From assembly GCA_028534125.1 (NCBI GenBank), contig CM052816.1, positions 59,956,001 to 60,020,000 on the forward strand: a stretch of 64,000 nucleotides of DNA. Reading direction: 5' to 3'. This DNA comes from Lama glama. Its lineage: Eukaryota. A program made the translations under genes and the position numbers. Below are positions 53,064-64,000 of the stretch, in pieces (positions within the stretch are counted from its first letter, which is position 1; each line of letters opens with the position of its first letter). Under the pieces are notes generated by a model. That model did not search any database, was not told the DNA's origin, and saw only the letters and a program-made list of their open reading frames with translations.

Positions 53064-53112
53064 AGATCATCCTAGGACAACTGGTAACTGGAATCATTAA
53101 AATACGATAAAG
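53064..53112 (-). other. Candidate 49-nt exon with strong splice signals
   Basis: ttaacactgttctttgtttttcttcag|CTTTATCG...GATGATCT|gtaagt: branch-point-like TTAAC, polypyrimidine tract and consensus donor, in unique sequence. Confidence 0.5.
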
Positions 53113-53929
53113 CTGAAGAAAAACAAAGAACAGTGTTAACACTAGTAAAAGACAGGGTATGCATCGAATTATGAACTCATCAACTCTGCTAACAGAAGGC
53201 TTCCTCAGAGTAGGACAAATCTAATTCTACAGCCGACACTAATATGTGCAGTTGTTACATCAGACACTCAAATTAGCTCATACAGTGTTTGTGTATTGCC
53301 TGAAAACTGGTTGTACCTTTTCTCTACAGGAAGTGTGATGGGTCTACCTAGGGCCCCAGCAAGGGGTGGGTCAAGGAAGGGCTGGAAGTGCTGATGGAGC
53401 AGTACTCTCTGATGGACAACCCCCAGCTTAGGGTACAGAGTCTGTCATCAGAAGGGGAGTCAGTCTTTTTAAGTTATCCTTGAGATCTCATCCCATAGCT
53501 TAGTTATCGAAATATCCACATCCTAATACTATAGGGTTTTCACCCTTGACCCAAGCCTTCTGATCTGGTCTGCACAAAACCTGGAACAAAAAGAATCCTT
53601 ATATAATTGAACAATGATTGGGTGAACTCAAATGGTAATATATTACAACCATTAACCAACTCCCAGAGACCTAGAGTTAGAAGATGTTCATCAGGATTCA
53701 GCCATCCCAGAATCAACTTTATTTTTCTTTTCCTGTGAAAACTTTCTTGTCAGTAATAGAATTCTAGTACAAGAGAAGATGCAGTAAAACATAAGGTTTG
53801 AAACATACCTCAAAAAGAGTGATATTTTTAAAAATTATTCCCCACAAGTTACTCTGCCAAGAATATCCAAAGGCCTGATTTAAAACCCGGGGTTTGGGGG
53901 GGGGGTGTTGCTAGGAATCAGTACCACTG

Positions 53930-54150
53930 AACGTGAACTAGCTATGTACCCGGCAATATGCTAAATGTTTTACCTATACTTTCCCACATAATCACTAAAC
54001 AAATCGGTATGTTAAAAGTATCACCATGTTACAGATAAGGGAATAGAGGCTTACAGAGATTATATGGCTTCCAAGGGTCACACAATGAGAGTAGACACAG
54101 AGATACCTTTTGTTTGTCAGTTCTACTGCTTCCGGAGCCCATGGTCTTCT
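53930..54150 (-). mobile_element. MIR SINE
   Basis: ccatgttacagataagggaatagaggcttacagagattatatggcttccaagggtcacaca. Confidence 0.75.
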
Positions 54151-54199
54151 ACACTAATCCATGGAACCTCCAGAGCAAATATATTAACATATGGGGGAA

Positions 54200-54380
54200 A
54201 TAAAGCACTGGGTATGCAGGCACAACATGTGAGTCTAAAAGCTGGCTCTGCCACCTGCCGCAGGCAAGTTACTTAATACATGTGATGGCAGAGTCCTCAT
54301 TTTAACGTACGCTGTTTTAAGAACTAGATAGGTTTACACAGAAAATAGTGCCTGGTGTGTAGTAAACTTCAGAAATAGTA
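54200..54380 (+). mobile_element. MIR SINE
   Basis: ctggctctgccacctgccgcaggcaagttacttaa...agtgcctggtgtgtagtaa. Confidence 0.65.
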
Positions 54381-55869
54381 AGTCCCCAAAGTGATCTTCA
54401 TCCTTAGCTATTTAGAAGAACCGTAGAGACTTATCCTTGACACATTTTGCTGCGTGTTAGACAATGGACAAACAAGTGCTATCAAGGTTTAAATGATTTG
54501 TTGGAAGAAAGATGACATCATCCACATTTATACTGAAAAATAAAGTTGGGGAAAATGTCTGTGGCATTTTTACCTTTCCCATTAACGCATGGCTTGAAAC
54601 AAATGGACAAAGGTTTTTATCCTCCTAACACCAATCCAATTAATTCACACATATAGATTCTAACATATAGATTTCAATTCAGGGGCATTATTACTTTTTA
54701 CCTGGTGGTATATATCTAGGCTCATACTTATGAAACAGTACAAATCTTATTTAGCAAAAAGTCTCCTTCTAAGCTGGGCGACATGCTGGGCTCGCTAAAT
54801 CTCATCAGCACAAAAGCCAAAAAAGGTTAATCCTGATTTAGCTGCCCAGACGTTAAAAGCTGATCAGCTGTTTCTGTCCTTTTGTTCTGCCTCACCTGCA
54901 CAAATCCTCAAGGCACTAACTCTGCTCCAATGTGCTGGGTGTCAGGAGGGCCCTGGGGTCCAGGCTGATGACATGAAGGGACTTTACTGAGGATGTTCAC
55001 CACTGTTCTTACCATGCACACACGTGACCCTGCCTGAGGGCTCCTGCATCGTGTCGAGAAACCCAGATGAGAAAATCACATGTGTCCCAGTTTTGCATCC
55101 TGTCAGGTCTTACAAGAGTTTGTATGTTCTCTTTATTTTTGTTTAAAAACAAAGAATGAGAGAAAGAAAATGATCAGACTGTTACAGTATCGGGGTCCAC
55201 TGGTTGGGGCTGGTAGAGCTGCAAACTGAGAATGTTGGGAGCTGTGGTGTTCTAGGGGCAAACCCAAGAAAGGTTGTGGACAAGGTGAGAAAGACTGAGT
55301 CACAGAGAATTCTGCCACTCAGTGGGTCTTCTGCTATCATCGCACAAGTAAGCAAGCAAGCAAGAAAATAGTAAGAAATAAACGGCAAATCATTTGGTCC
55401 AACACATACTCTTTGCTGATTAAAAAAAAAACAACAAAGTGTGGAGCAAGGGAGGGAAAGGGGCAGGAGGGAGGCACCACGGGGCAGGTCTAGCCTCAGT
55501 GGCCACAGGCCACAGCGCCCTTTGTTCCCCGAGCCCCAAAGGCAGGTCTGCTATCTCCTCTGGTGTGCAAGGGTCCTCCCACTCCCTGGGCCCCAATGCC
55601 CAGGGAGACCCACCCTCCTCATGGCCTTGTCTCCTTTCCCCAGACTCTTTGCCTTCACCCTCAGAGTCCACAGGGCTCCATTCCCTTCGCAGGGTAGCTC
55701 AGTACTCCTATCAAAACTATTTTAAAAAAAAGTTTCAGTCCAGAAAGGGGGAGTGGAGGAGGAATTCAAGTCTGTTTCATTAAAAAAACAGAAACAAAAA
55801 ATCAAACCAGCTCTTCCTTTGACCCAATCTCCTCCTCTAATCAACATCTCCTTGCTCTCTCCCTCATAT

Positions 55870-56020
55870 TACCTTGATTCAAATCCTGCTTCTATAGGAT
55901 TAGTAGCTGTAGGTTCATAAGCATGTTACTTAAATGACCTGTACCTTATTTCATTACCTAAAAGAGGAGGATACTAAGACTCCATACCTCATGGAACCAT
56001 TTTAAGACTGACTGAACACC
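55870..56020 (+). mobile_element. MIR SINE fragment
   Basis: ttcaaatcctgcttct...agctgt...gttacttaaatgacctgtacctt. Confidence 0.6.
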
Positions 56021-56441
56021 TGGGAAGAGTGCCAACCTTTCAAGGGATGCTACAAGACCAGGGTAAGTCTGAGTCTGCCCACATCTGCAGGACAGGAGTG
56101 GCCACTACACTTTGAAAATATCCCTCCACGATGTGGAACCCCTGAGATGCAGTGGAGTTCTGGAGCAGGCACTTCAAGGAAGGAGATGTGTAGTCTACTG
56201 GGGAGGATTTACGGACTTAAACTCAAGGTTTTGGACATAAAAATCTGAGCTGGGAGAGCAGGTGGTGGTAGAAAATAAGAAGAATCAGAAGGACCTTTGG
56301 GATGTGTCCTCTCCCTGGGGAAGAAACTGGTTTGGGAGAATTCAGAAGTATTCTTGGGAGAGGAGGAGGAAGAGGAAGGCCAGAAGGTAGCTGACAGCCC
56401 TTTAAGAGACCAGGGACTTGGGGAGAAGGTAAGGATCACCA

Positions 56442-58085
56442 CTGTGTTAGTTCAGGGTCTCTGAGAACCAAAAACCACGACAGGATTAGATACACAGGAG
56501 ACTGACTGGAGGAAACGCCTGTGAAGGGAACAGGGAAGGAAGCCAGAGAAGGGAGAGAACCTTGAGACTGTGATGCAGGTCTCCTGAGAAGGAGGCGGGG
56601 GAGGAAGAAGGTCCCAGACTGTGGTGCAGTTCCAAGAAAGTCTTGGCCAGCCCAGCGGGATGTCCTCAAGCCGAAGTTACCCATCAGTGGCAAGGAAAGG
56701 CCTGCATTAGTTCCCCTCTGTGCTCACTCACTCACTGAGCAGGAGAAGCCTGTGGGAAGTGAAGCTCCAATGGGAATATGGTGGTAGATCCAGGACAGAA
56801 GCTGGGGCCATCAGGCAATTATGCTCCTGCAGGAGGAGATGTGGGGGTTCATTTCATGGCCACCACATTTCTCTTGGGCTGCATAGATTTTTTTTCTTCT
56901 GTACACAGTTTTAGGAGCAGCTCCTCCATGGCTCCTGTTTGGCCTCTCCTACTGAAGGAGGTTAGTGGGTCTCAGGGCCATCACTGCCTCTCATCCTTTC
57001 CCTTGTTCACTGTCCCTTCTAAATTCCCTCAACCCCAGCGCACCCCTGCCCTCCTGCTATCACCTGGGCAGATCTTGGGGGCTTATCTGGTAGTGTGACC
57101 CAAACTTTCATTCCTTCTGGGAACACACCTTCTGGGCCTGAGGTCACCACACATATTCACTCTCAGCTTCATTGGGATAGGGAGTGCTAGCAAATGCCAA
57201 AGTGGATCAGAAAGTTTCCCTACACATTCCTCCCTGCCTCACTGTGCAAACACAACTCTACTGCCCCTGCTGATGGGGATCAGTCACCCCTGCCAGGATG
57301 GTGAATTTCCTTATTGCCTGCGGGGCCCTGGACACAAGCTGTCCAAAGTACTTTGACAGCAGGGGTAACCTGGACTTCAATAGGACTGGACTGTGTCCTC
57401 TGGCAATAGGTTAACCTCTGCAGCCTTGTGAGCACAGTTTCAGGGAAAGGAAAATCTCCAATGGGTCACTGGGAGTGAAAGGAAATACAGACACTCCTCC
57501 ATCCACCTCTTATTTCCAGGACTCGTGTATCCCTCCTACTAGGAACACAGCATCATAGAAGAGTCTTTGATGTAATGCATATACTGCATCCTGAAGGATG
57601 GCACTCCCTACTTTCATAAAGGCCTCTAAGCTAGAGTTTCAGGCATGCCTTCAGATGACCATTCCAGGGCTCTTGGAGGTCAGCTCCTTGTGGATGGCAG
57701 GCAGTGCGGTATGTGATAAGATCAGTGGATCCTACGGTCGTGTCCCACTCCCACTCCTCTTGTGCGGCAAAGTCAGATCCCTGGTTGGATCTCTGTCTGT
57801 GGATCAGGCATTCTGTGAGTCCCTAGAGAGTGGTACTGGCTGAAATTCTGCAGACAGAAAAGGCGAGCAGAGTAGGTATCTAACCCTGTGAAGATAAACC
57901 ACTGGCCCTTCCAGGACAGGCCCAATGTAGCCACTTTACCACCAAGTGGCCAGTTGGACTCCTTAAGGAATATGCTGTAACAGGGGCTCAATTCTGGCTC
58001 TCCTGCAGACAGGTAAGGCATTCAGAGGCAGCAGAGACCACATCTGAGTGGTACATAGTTCATGGCCACCACTCTACCTACACTG
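56442..58085 (-). mobile_element. ERVL-MaLR element: MLT1F/G/H-like LTR (~56442-56870) plus internal sequence
   Basis: tgtgttagttcagggtctctgagaa...ggaggaaacgcctgtgaaggg; internal-like tgtgacccaaactttcattcct, aagataaaccactggccctt, catggccaccact. Confidence 0.75.
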
Positions 58086-58759
58086 CCAAATGTACTGTGT
58101 AACCTTAAGCAAATCATACAGCCTCTCTGCACCTTAGCTTCCTTTTATAAATAATAAAGGAGGTTGGACTAAATGTTCCCTCAAGTTTCTTTCATAACCT
58201 ACACTGTGATATAAAGATGAGATATTAATGAAATGGGATGGGGGTGTTCCTTTAATGCCTAAGTCCATGCACAGTGAGCCCTTCCTTGAACTGTCTGTAG
58301 AGAAATGTATTGGCAGAAATTCACAATAATCTTGATTGTAAAATAATTGAGGTTTTGTGACTTTCAAGTAAATTAGGCTAATGCCTAGTAAAGAATCTAC
58401 TTTAATCAAGAGAGAAAACTGGGTTTTTTTATTTCACTAATTTACATGTGAGCAGATTGTTTTAAAAAAAAATCCTCTCTAAACCTCTGCCTCCTCCTCC
58501 TTCCTCAAATTCACTGCCCAATCAGATTCGTAATCACAATTCAATCAGGTCTGTAATCACCAAAAGCAGGGCCCTTGTTTTAAATCACTTGGGACTAGGG
58601 TATCACCAGGGTGACGGATGTAACCAAGGCAGTAAAATCCAGATGTTTCATTATCAAGATTGAGGCTTTAGGGCTTCAGCCAGTTATCTGTTTTCCTGAC
58701 TATTTTGTCCCTGCTTCCTCTCTTCCTGAGAAGTTCCTGGTTACTCTACTCCAGCCTGA

Positions 58760-58919
58760 CCTTATACAACTCACATAACTTCTCTGTGAGCCTGCTCAGT
58801 TTCTTCACCTATAAAATGGAGATCATTATGTCTTACCTCATGATGCAGCTGTGAGGATTCAGTGAGATAATGAACATAAAGTGGTTAGCCCAAATCTAGT
58901 AAGTATTGCACACATGATC
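58760..58919 (+). mobile_element. MIR SINE
   Basis: ctcagtttcttcacctataaaatggagatc...tgtgaggattcagtgagataatg. Confidence 0.8.
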
Positions 58920-58932
58920 ATTTTCATTATTT

Positions 58933-59054
58933 GGTGGGGGAGGAATTAGGTTTGTTTATTTATTTATTTTGATCTAACAGAGGTATTGGGGATTGAACCC
59001 AGGACTTCATGCATGCCAAGCATGCACTCTCCCAATGAGCTATATCTTCCTCCC
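58933..59054 (-). mobile_element. Camelid-type tRNA-derived SINE
   Basis: ggggattgaacccaggacttcatgcatgccaagcatgcactctcccaatgagctata; TSD attttcattattt (58920-58932) / attttcatcattt (59057-59069). Confidence 0.92.
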
Positions 59055-59584
59055 ATATTTTCATCATTTTGACTTGATAATGTACTTGCCCCATTCTGCT
59101 CCCTCTGTGCCAACAGATATCCTCAGCACTGTTTAGTGGGCTTTGGGTCTCCTCTCATCCTCCTCAATTCTCAGTAGGAAGTTAATCTAAATTTCCACTG
59201 TTCATCTATCCCAGACACTAGCATTTCACATTTGTCTCAGCCTTGGTAATTTCCCAACACCCAAGACACTGTATTACCTTCAGACTTCCAAAGTGACGGA
59301 ACTTAAGTCATTTGATTTCAAATCTTTTAAACAGTTTCCCTTCCTACACTCAGAAACACCTTCACTATTCTGTTCATAGTAAGTGGCACAGTCTAGGAAG
59401 GAAGACTTCATATTCTCAACAAAGATAAGCTCAGACTTGATCCAGAGTACCAGGGTCTGATATGGGAGCAATGCCCAAAATGCGCTCAAAGCAAATCATT
59501 TGATGAAAAGTGTTGTCCCCAAAATAAAATTGTCACAAAGTATGTCCATCATTTTCCCTCCCCAAATTTAAAAGCAGTTCCATC

Positions 59585-61361
59585 AAGGTTCAACATATGC
59601 AAATCAATCAATGTGATATACCACATCAACAAAAGAAAGGACAGATCACATGATCATCTCAATAGATACAGAAAAGCATTTGATAAAATTCAACACCCAT
59701 CTGTAATACAAACTCTTACTAAAGTGGGTATAGAGGGAACATACCTCAACATAATAAAAGCTATTTATGACAAACCCACAGCCATAATACTGAACGGTGA
59801 AAACCTGAAAACCTCACTAAAATCGGGAACAAGACAAGGATGCTCACTCTCATCACTTCTATTCAACATAGTTTTGGAGTTAGGCAAGAAAAAGAAATAA
59901 AGGGGATCCAAATTGAAAGAGAAGAGGTAAAATTGTCACTATATGTGGATGACATGATACTACCTACAGAAAACCCTAAAAGCTTCACATAAAAACTACT
60001 AAAGCTGATTAAAGAATTCAGCAAGGTAGCAGGATACAAGATTAACATACAGAAATCAGTTGCACTTCTTTGCACTCACAATGAATAAGCAGAAAAAGAA
60101 AGTAAAGAAACAATCCTTTTTAAAAATCATATCCAAAACAATAAAAACTTAGGCATAAATCTGACCAAGGAGGTGAAAGACTTTTACATGGAGACCTAGA
60201 AAGTATTGATTAAGGAAATTAAGATGACTTAAAGAAATGGAAAGATATTCCATGCTCTTGGATTGGAAAAATCAATATAGTTAAAATGGCCATACTGTCC
60301 AAGGAAATCCACAGATTTAATGTGATCCCTATCAAATTACTCAGGACATTTTTCATAGAACTAGAACAAATAATCCTAAAATTTACATGCAATCACAAAA
60401 GACCCAGAATTGCCAAAGCAATCCTGAGGGGAAAAGAACAAAGCTGGAGGAATAATCCTCCCAGACTTCAGACAATACTACAGAGCTACAGTAATCAAAG
60501 TAGCATGATAGTGGCATAAAAACAGACATAGGGGTCAATAGAACAGAATAGAGAGCCCAGAAATAACTTATAGACTTAAAGGTCAATTAATCTTCGACAA
60601 AGGAGGCAAGAATATACAATGGAGAAAAGACAATCTCTTCAGTAAGTGGTGTTGGGAAAACTGGACAGCAGCACATAAATCAATGAAGTTAGAACAATCC
60701 CTTATATCATACACAAAAATAAACTCAAAATGGATTAAAGACTCAAATATAAGACAAGACCCAATAAACCTCTAGAAGAAAACATAGGCAAAACATTCTC
60801 TGACATAAATCTTAGCAATGTTCTCCTAGGTCAGTCTACCCAGGCAATAGAAATAAAAGCAAAAAGTAACAAATGGGACCTAATTAAAGTTATAGGCTTT
60901 TGCACAGCAAAGGAAACCATGAACAAAACAAAAAGACAACCTATGGAATGGGAGAAAATATTTGCAAAAGATGAGACTGACAAGAGCTTAATTTCCAGAA
61001 TATATAAACAGCTCACACAACTTAAAAAAAGAAACAACGCAATCCAAAACTGGGCAGAAGACCTAAACAAGCAATTCTCCAGTGAAGACATACAAATGGC
61101 CAATAGGCACATGAAAAAATACACAACATCACTAATTATCAGAGAAATGCAAATCAAAACTACAATGAAGTATCACTTCACACCTGTCAGAATGGCCATT
61201 ATTCAAAAGTCCACAGACAATAAATGCTGGAGAGGGTGTGGAGAAAAGGGAGCCCTCCTACACTGTTGGTGAGAATGTAGTTTGCTGCAGCCATTATGGA
61301 AAACAGTATGGGGATTCTTCAAAAAACTAAACATAGAATTACCATATGATCCAGCAATCCC
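59585..61361 (+). mobile_element. 5'-truncated L1, ORF2 RT to C-terminus with multiple frameshifts; runs into a gap
   Basis: ORF track: KAFDKIQHP...[31 protein letters not shown]...[24 protein letters not shown]. Confidence 0.97.
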
Positions 61362-61861
61362 NNNNNNNNNNNNNNNNNNNNNNNNNNNNNNNNNNNNNNN
61401 NNNNNNNNNNNNNNNNNNNNNNNNNNNNNNNNNNNNNNNNNNNNNNNNNNNNNNNNNNNNNNNNNNNNNNNNNNNNNNNNNNNNNNNNNNNNNNNNNNNN
61501 NNNNNNNNNNNNNNNNNNNNNNNNNNNNNNNNNNNNNNNNNNNNNNNNNNNNNNNNNNNNNNNNNNNNNNNNNNNNNNNNNNNNNNNNNNNNNNNNNNNN
61601 NNNNNNNNNNNNNNNNNNNNNNNNNNNNNNNNNNNNNNNNNNNNNNNNNNNNNNNNNNNNNNNNNNNNNNNNNNNNNNNNNNNNNNNNNNNNNNNNNNNN
61701 NNNNNNNNNNNNNNNNNNNNNNNNNNNNNNNNNNNNNNNNNNNNNNNNNNNNNNNNNNNNNNNNNNNNNNNNNNNNNNNNNNNNNNNNNNNNNNNNNNNN
61801 NNNNNNNNNNNNNNNNNNNNNNNNNNNNNNNNNNNNNNNNNNNNNNNNNNNNNNNNNNNNN
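61362..61861. other. Assembly gap (500 N)
   Basis: Run of N; probably hides the L1 3'UTR. Confidence 1.
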
Positions 61862-61962
61862 AAAGTCACAAACAACAGAGCAAGCTCAGAGAAGACATGC
61901 CATTTGTCACAGATCACGCAGATGGTGGAAGAGCTCTAGATCCTTTCTTACTTAGACTATAT

Positions 61963-62165
61963 TGGAGTCAGCACACTTTTTCTGAAAAGAGAAAAATAGT
62001 AAATATTTCAGGCTTTGTGGGCCACATATGGCTTCTGTTGCATATTCTTTCTTGTGTTATTTTTACAACCCCTTAAGAATGTAAAAATCTTGGCTCACAT
62101 GCTGTATTAAAACGGGTGGTGGACTGATTTGGCCTACAGGCCATAAGTTTGTTGGCCTCTGGACT
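61963..62165. mobile_element. MER58-like hAT-Charlie MITE
   Basis: atagtaaatatttcaggctttgtgggccaca...gatttggcctacaggccataagtttg. Confidence 0.85.
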
Positions 62166-63314
62166 AGAACAATTTTGCTGGCATCTTATTTGCATTTTAC
62201 TTCACACCCTGTCCCATGAACCAGATAAAACTTAAAATGCTTTCAGGTTTTACACTAGTTTTTGTTTTTATTTGGGGAGGTGGTGATATTTGTTCAATAG
62301 CAATCGTAGGACTTTTGATTCTTTTTTCATAGTTAATTCTCTTCTCAAAGGTTTTAAAAATAAATTTGAAATTTATAAATCTCTAAACTAAAAAAATTTA
62401 CTGCCTAAAAGAGCTAAATAATTTGACCATATTTCTATGAAGAGTAAAAAAATGTCAAGCTAATCCCTTTGATTTAAAAATATCTTCTGTAGTCTAATTT
62501 GCAAGGATTTTGCATGGTGTCCTTTATTTCTAAAAACTTTTGGATATAAAAGGAGAGAAATGGGGCTTCTGAGCTTCTTAAACTAAACTTTACTACTTGT
62601 CAGCACTTTGAACTTAATCAGAGTCTTTCAGAGTCTCTCTGAAAAATCCATCAGCCCACATGAATAGCACACAGAGAACTCAAAATGAGTATGAAGAATT
62701 CAGTTATTTCATCAACATTCACTTGTCTGACTATTTAGTCCTCATAACTCTTTTAGGGGTGAAAGATCATTTGCCATGTTGACTCAGAAAAAGCAAACAG
62801 GAAATCAATACTATGTTAATAAATACAAGGGTCACCCCGGGTGAAAATAAGTCATTCTTCAAATGTTATTGGCCTTAATCTGTTATGGGAATTGCTCATC
62901 TTATGACCTAGAGTTATAGGAAGTGTGGAGTTTCAGTAAGCCAGATGCTAAGATGACCTTCTTAATAATCTACTCCATATGCTAACTGTTTCACAAACCC
63001 ACTCATCTCTATAACCAGGTGGGTCAAATCTTTTTGGCATGGTGTTGATGAAAAACATATTCCATACGTTATGTATTACACACCTGGCATCTACACAACA
63101 GAGACAGGGTCCATCTTTCTCTTCCTTTCCCCCACCTTCCTTCAGAGAATTAAGGATTGACTAGAGCCAGAAGCTGGATACTGCATGTGCTTATTCAATT
63201 CCTGTGGGAGCATTTCTAAACCAACCCCCAGGTTACAGTCAGCCTCTGCCTACTGCTTTTTAAAACCATCTGTTTCTTCTTCATGGGCTTCAATGTCACC
63301 TTCTATTCTCTTTT

Positions 63315-63511
63315 TTCTTTTTTAATTTTTTGTTTCTTTTTTTTAATTGAAGTATAGTTGTTTACAATATTGTGTTAGTTTCAGGTGTACAGTTAAGTGA
63401 TTTGGTTATACATATATATGTACATACTTATATCCTTTTTTTTATTCTTTTCCATTATAGTTTAAGATACTGAATATAGTTCCCTATAGTGATATACAGT
63501 AAATCCTTGTC
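63315..63511 (-). mobile_element. Short L1 3'UTR insertion
   Basis: ttttaattgaagtatagttgtttacaatattgtgttagtttcaggtgtacag; TSD attctctttt (63305-63314 / 63512-63521). Confidence 0.9.
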
Positions 63512-63831
63512 ATTCTCTTTTGCATCTTTGTACATTTCTTTAGTATTTTCCCCATCTCCCTTTAAATAAAATAATTACACTTCGGGACTTTTTCTGTGAT
63601 GTTTTAAACTTGAATCTCTCATGTAATCCTATCCAATGACAGCAACTTGATCCTATTTAAAAGAAATGTATAATCCATCCATAACCCATTACTTAAAAGA
63701 AAATGTATAATCCATATATAGTTTATCATCTATTGTTTTTCCCACTGCTGAATCCTTCTTCAGTTTTGGTTTTAGTTATTATAGTCTCTCCTCCAGAAAT
63801 TTCACTGTCCAGGCAAAATCAAAAACAAATA

Positions 63832-64000
63832 CCACGGTTCTCAAACTTTCATGTGTACAAGAATCAGAAGAACTAGTCAAAGATACAGATCACCAAGTCC
63901 CTTTCCCAGAGATTCTGATTCAACATGTCTGACACAGTGCCTGGTAATCTGAATCTTAGCAAGCTTCCCAAGTGACTCTGATGCAAGTGGTTCACTGGAC
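63832..64000. mobile_element. MER5A-like hAT-Charlie MITE (cut by the window end)
   Basis: ggttctcaaacttt...cccagagattctgattca...caagcttcccaagtgactctgatgca. Confidence 0.8.

Noticed and set aside
55420..55790. GC-richer patch as a CpG island or promoter
   Set aside because: Very few CpGs; the ORFs are short and featureless.
59585..61361. Reverse transcriptase as a novel RT system
   Set aside because: Ordinary L1 ORF2, 5'-truncated and multiply frameshifted.
61282..62076. ORFs of 192-264 aa
   Set aside because: Gap-spanning; only the first ~26 residues of the longest are an L1 ORF2 remnant.
1..64000. CRISPR array, operon or prokaryotic defence system
   Set aside because: The sequence is mammalian; there is no repeat-spacer array or gene cluster.

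Overview
Mammalian nuclear DNA, AT-rich and CpG-depleted, intronic or intergenic in character, with two 500-N assembly gaps. The source is most likely a camelid (camel, alpaca or llama): there are three short tRNA-derived SINEs of the camelid type, and I saw no Alu, B1/B2, BovB/Bov-tA or Can-SINE. Most of the window is interspersed repeats: young 5'-truncated L1s with TSDs, old L1M/L2/MIR fragments, four ERV1-type solo LTRs, a MER21, MaLR pieces, and hAT/Tigger MITEs. The ORF track shows no intact gene; its ORFs are chance, gap-spanning or L1 ORF2 remnants. Best observations: (1) two inverted L1 copies ~30 kb apart share the same ORF2-killing frameshift inside a 110-nt identical tract; (2) a 30-nt tailless U6 retrocopy has a perfect 16-bp TSD; (3) a MER41-like solo LTR carries a TTC-N4-GAA STAT-type site; (4) a phase-compatible chain of candidate minus-strand exons belongs to a gene I cannot identify. 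I see no support for a wholly new biological system. Repeat family names come from recalled consensus sequences and need RepeatMasker/Dfam confirmation; boundaries of old repeats are approximate.
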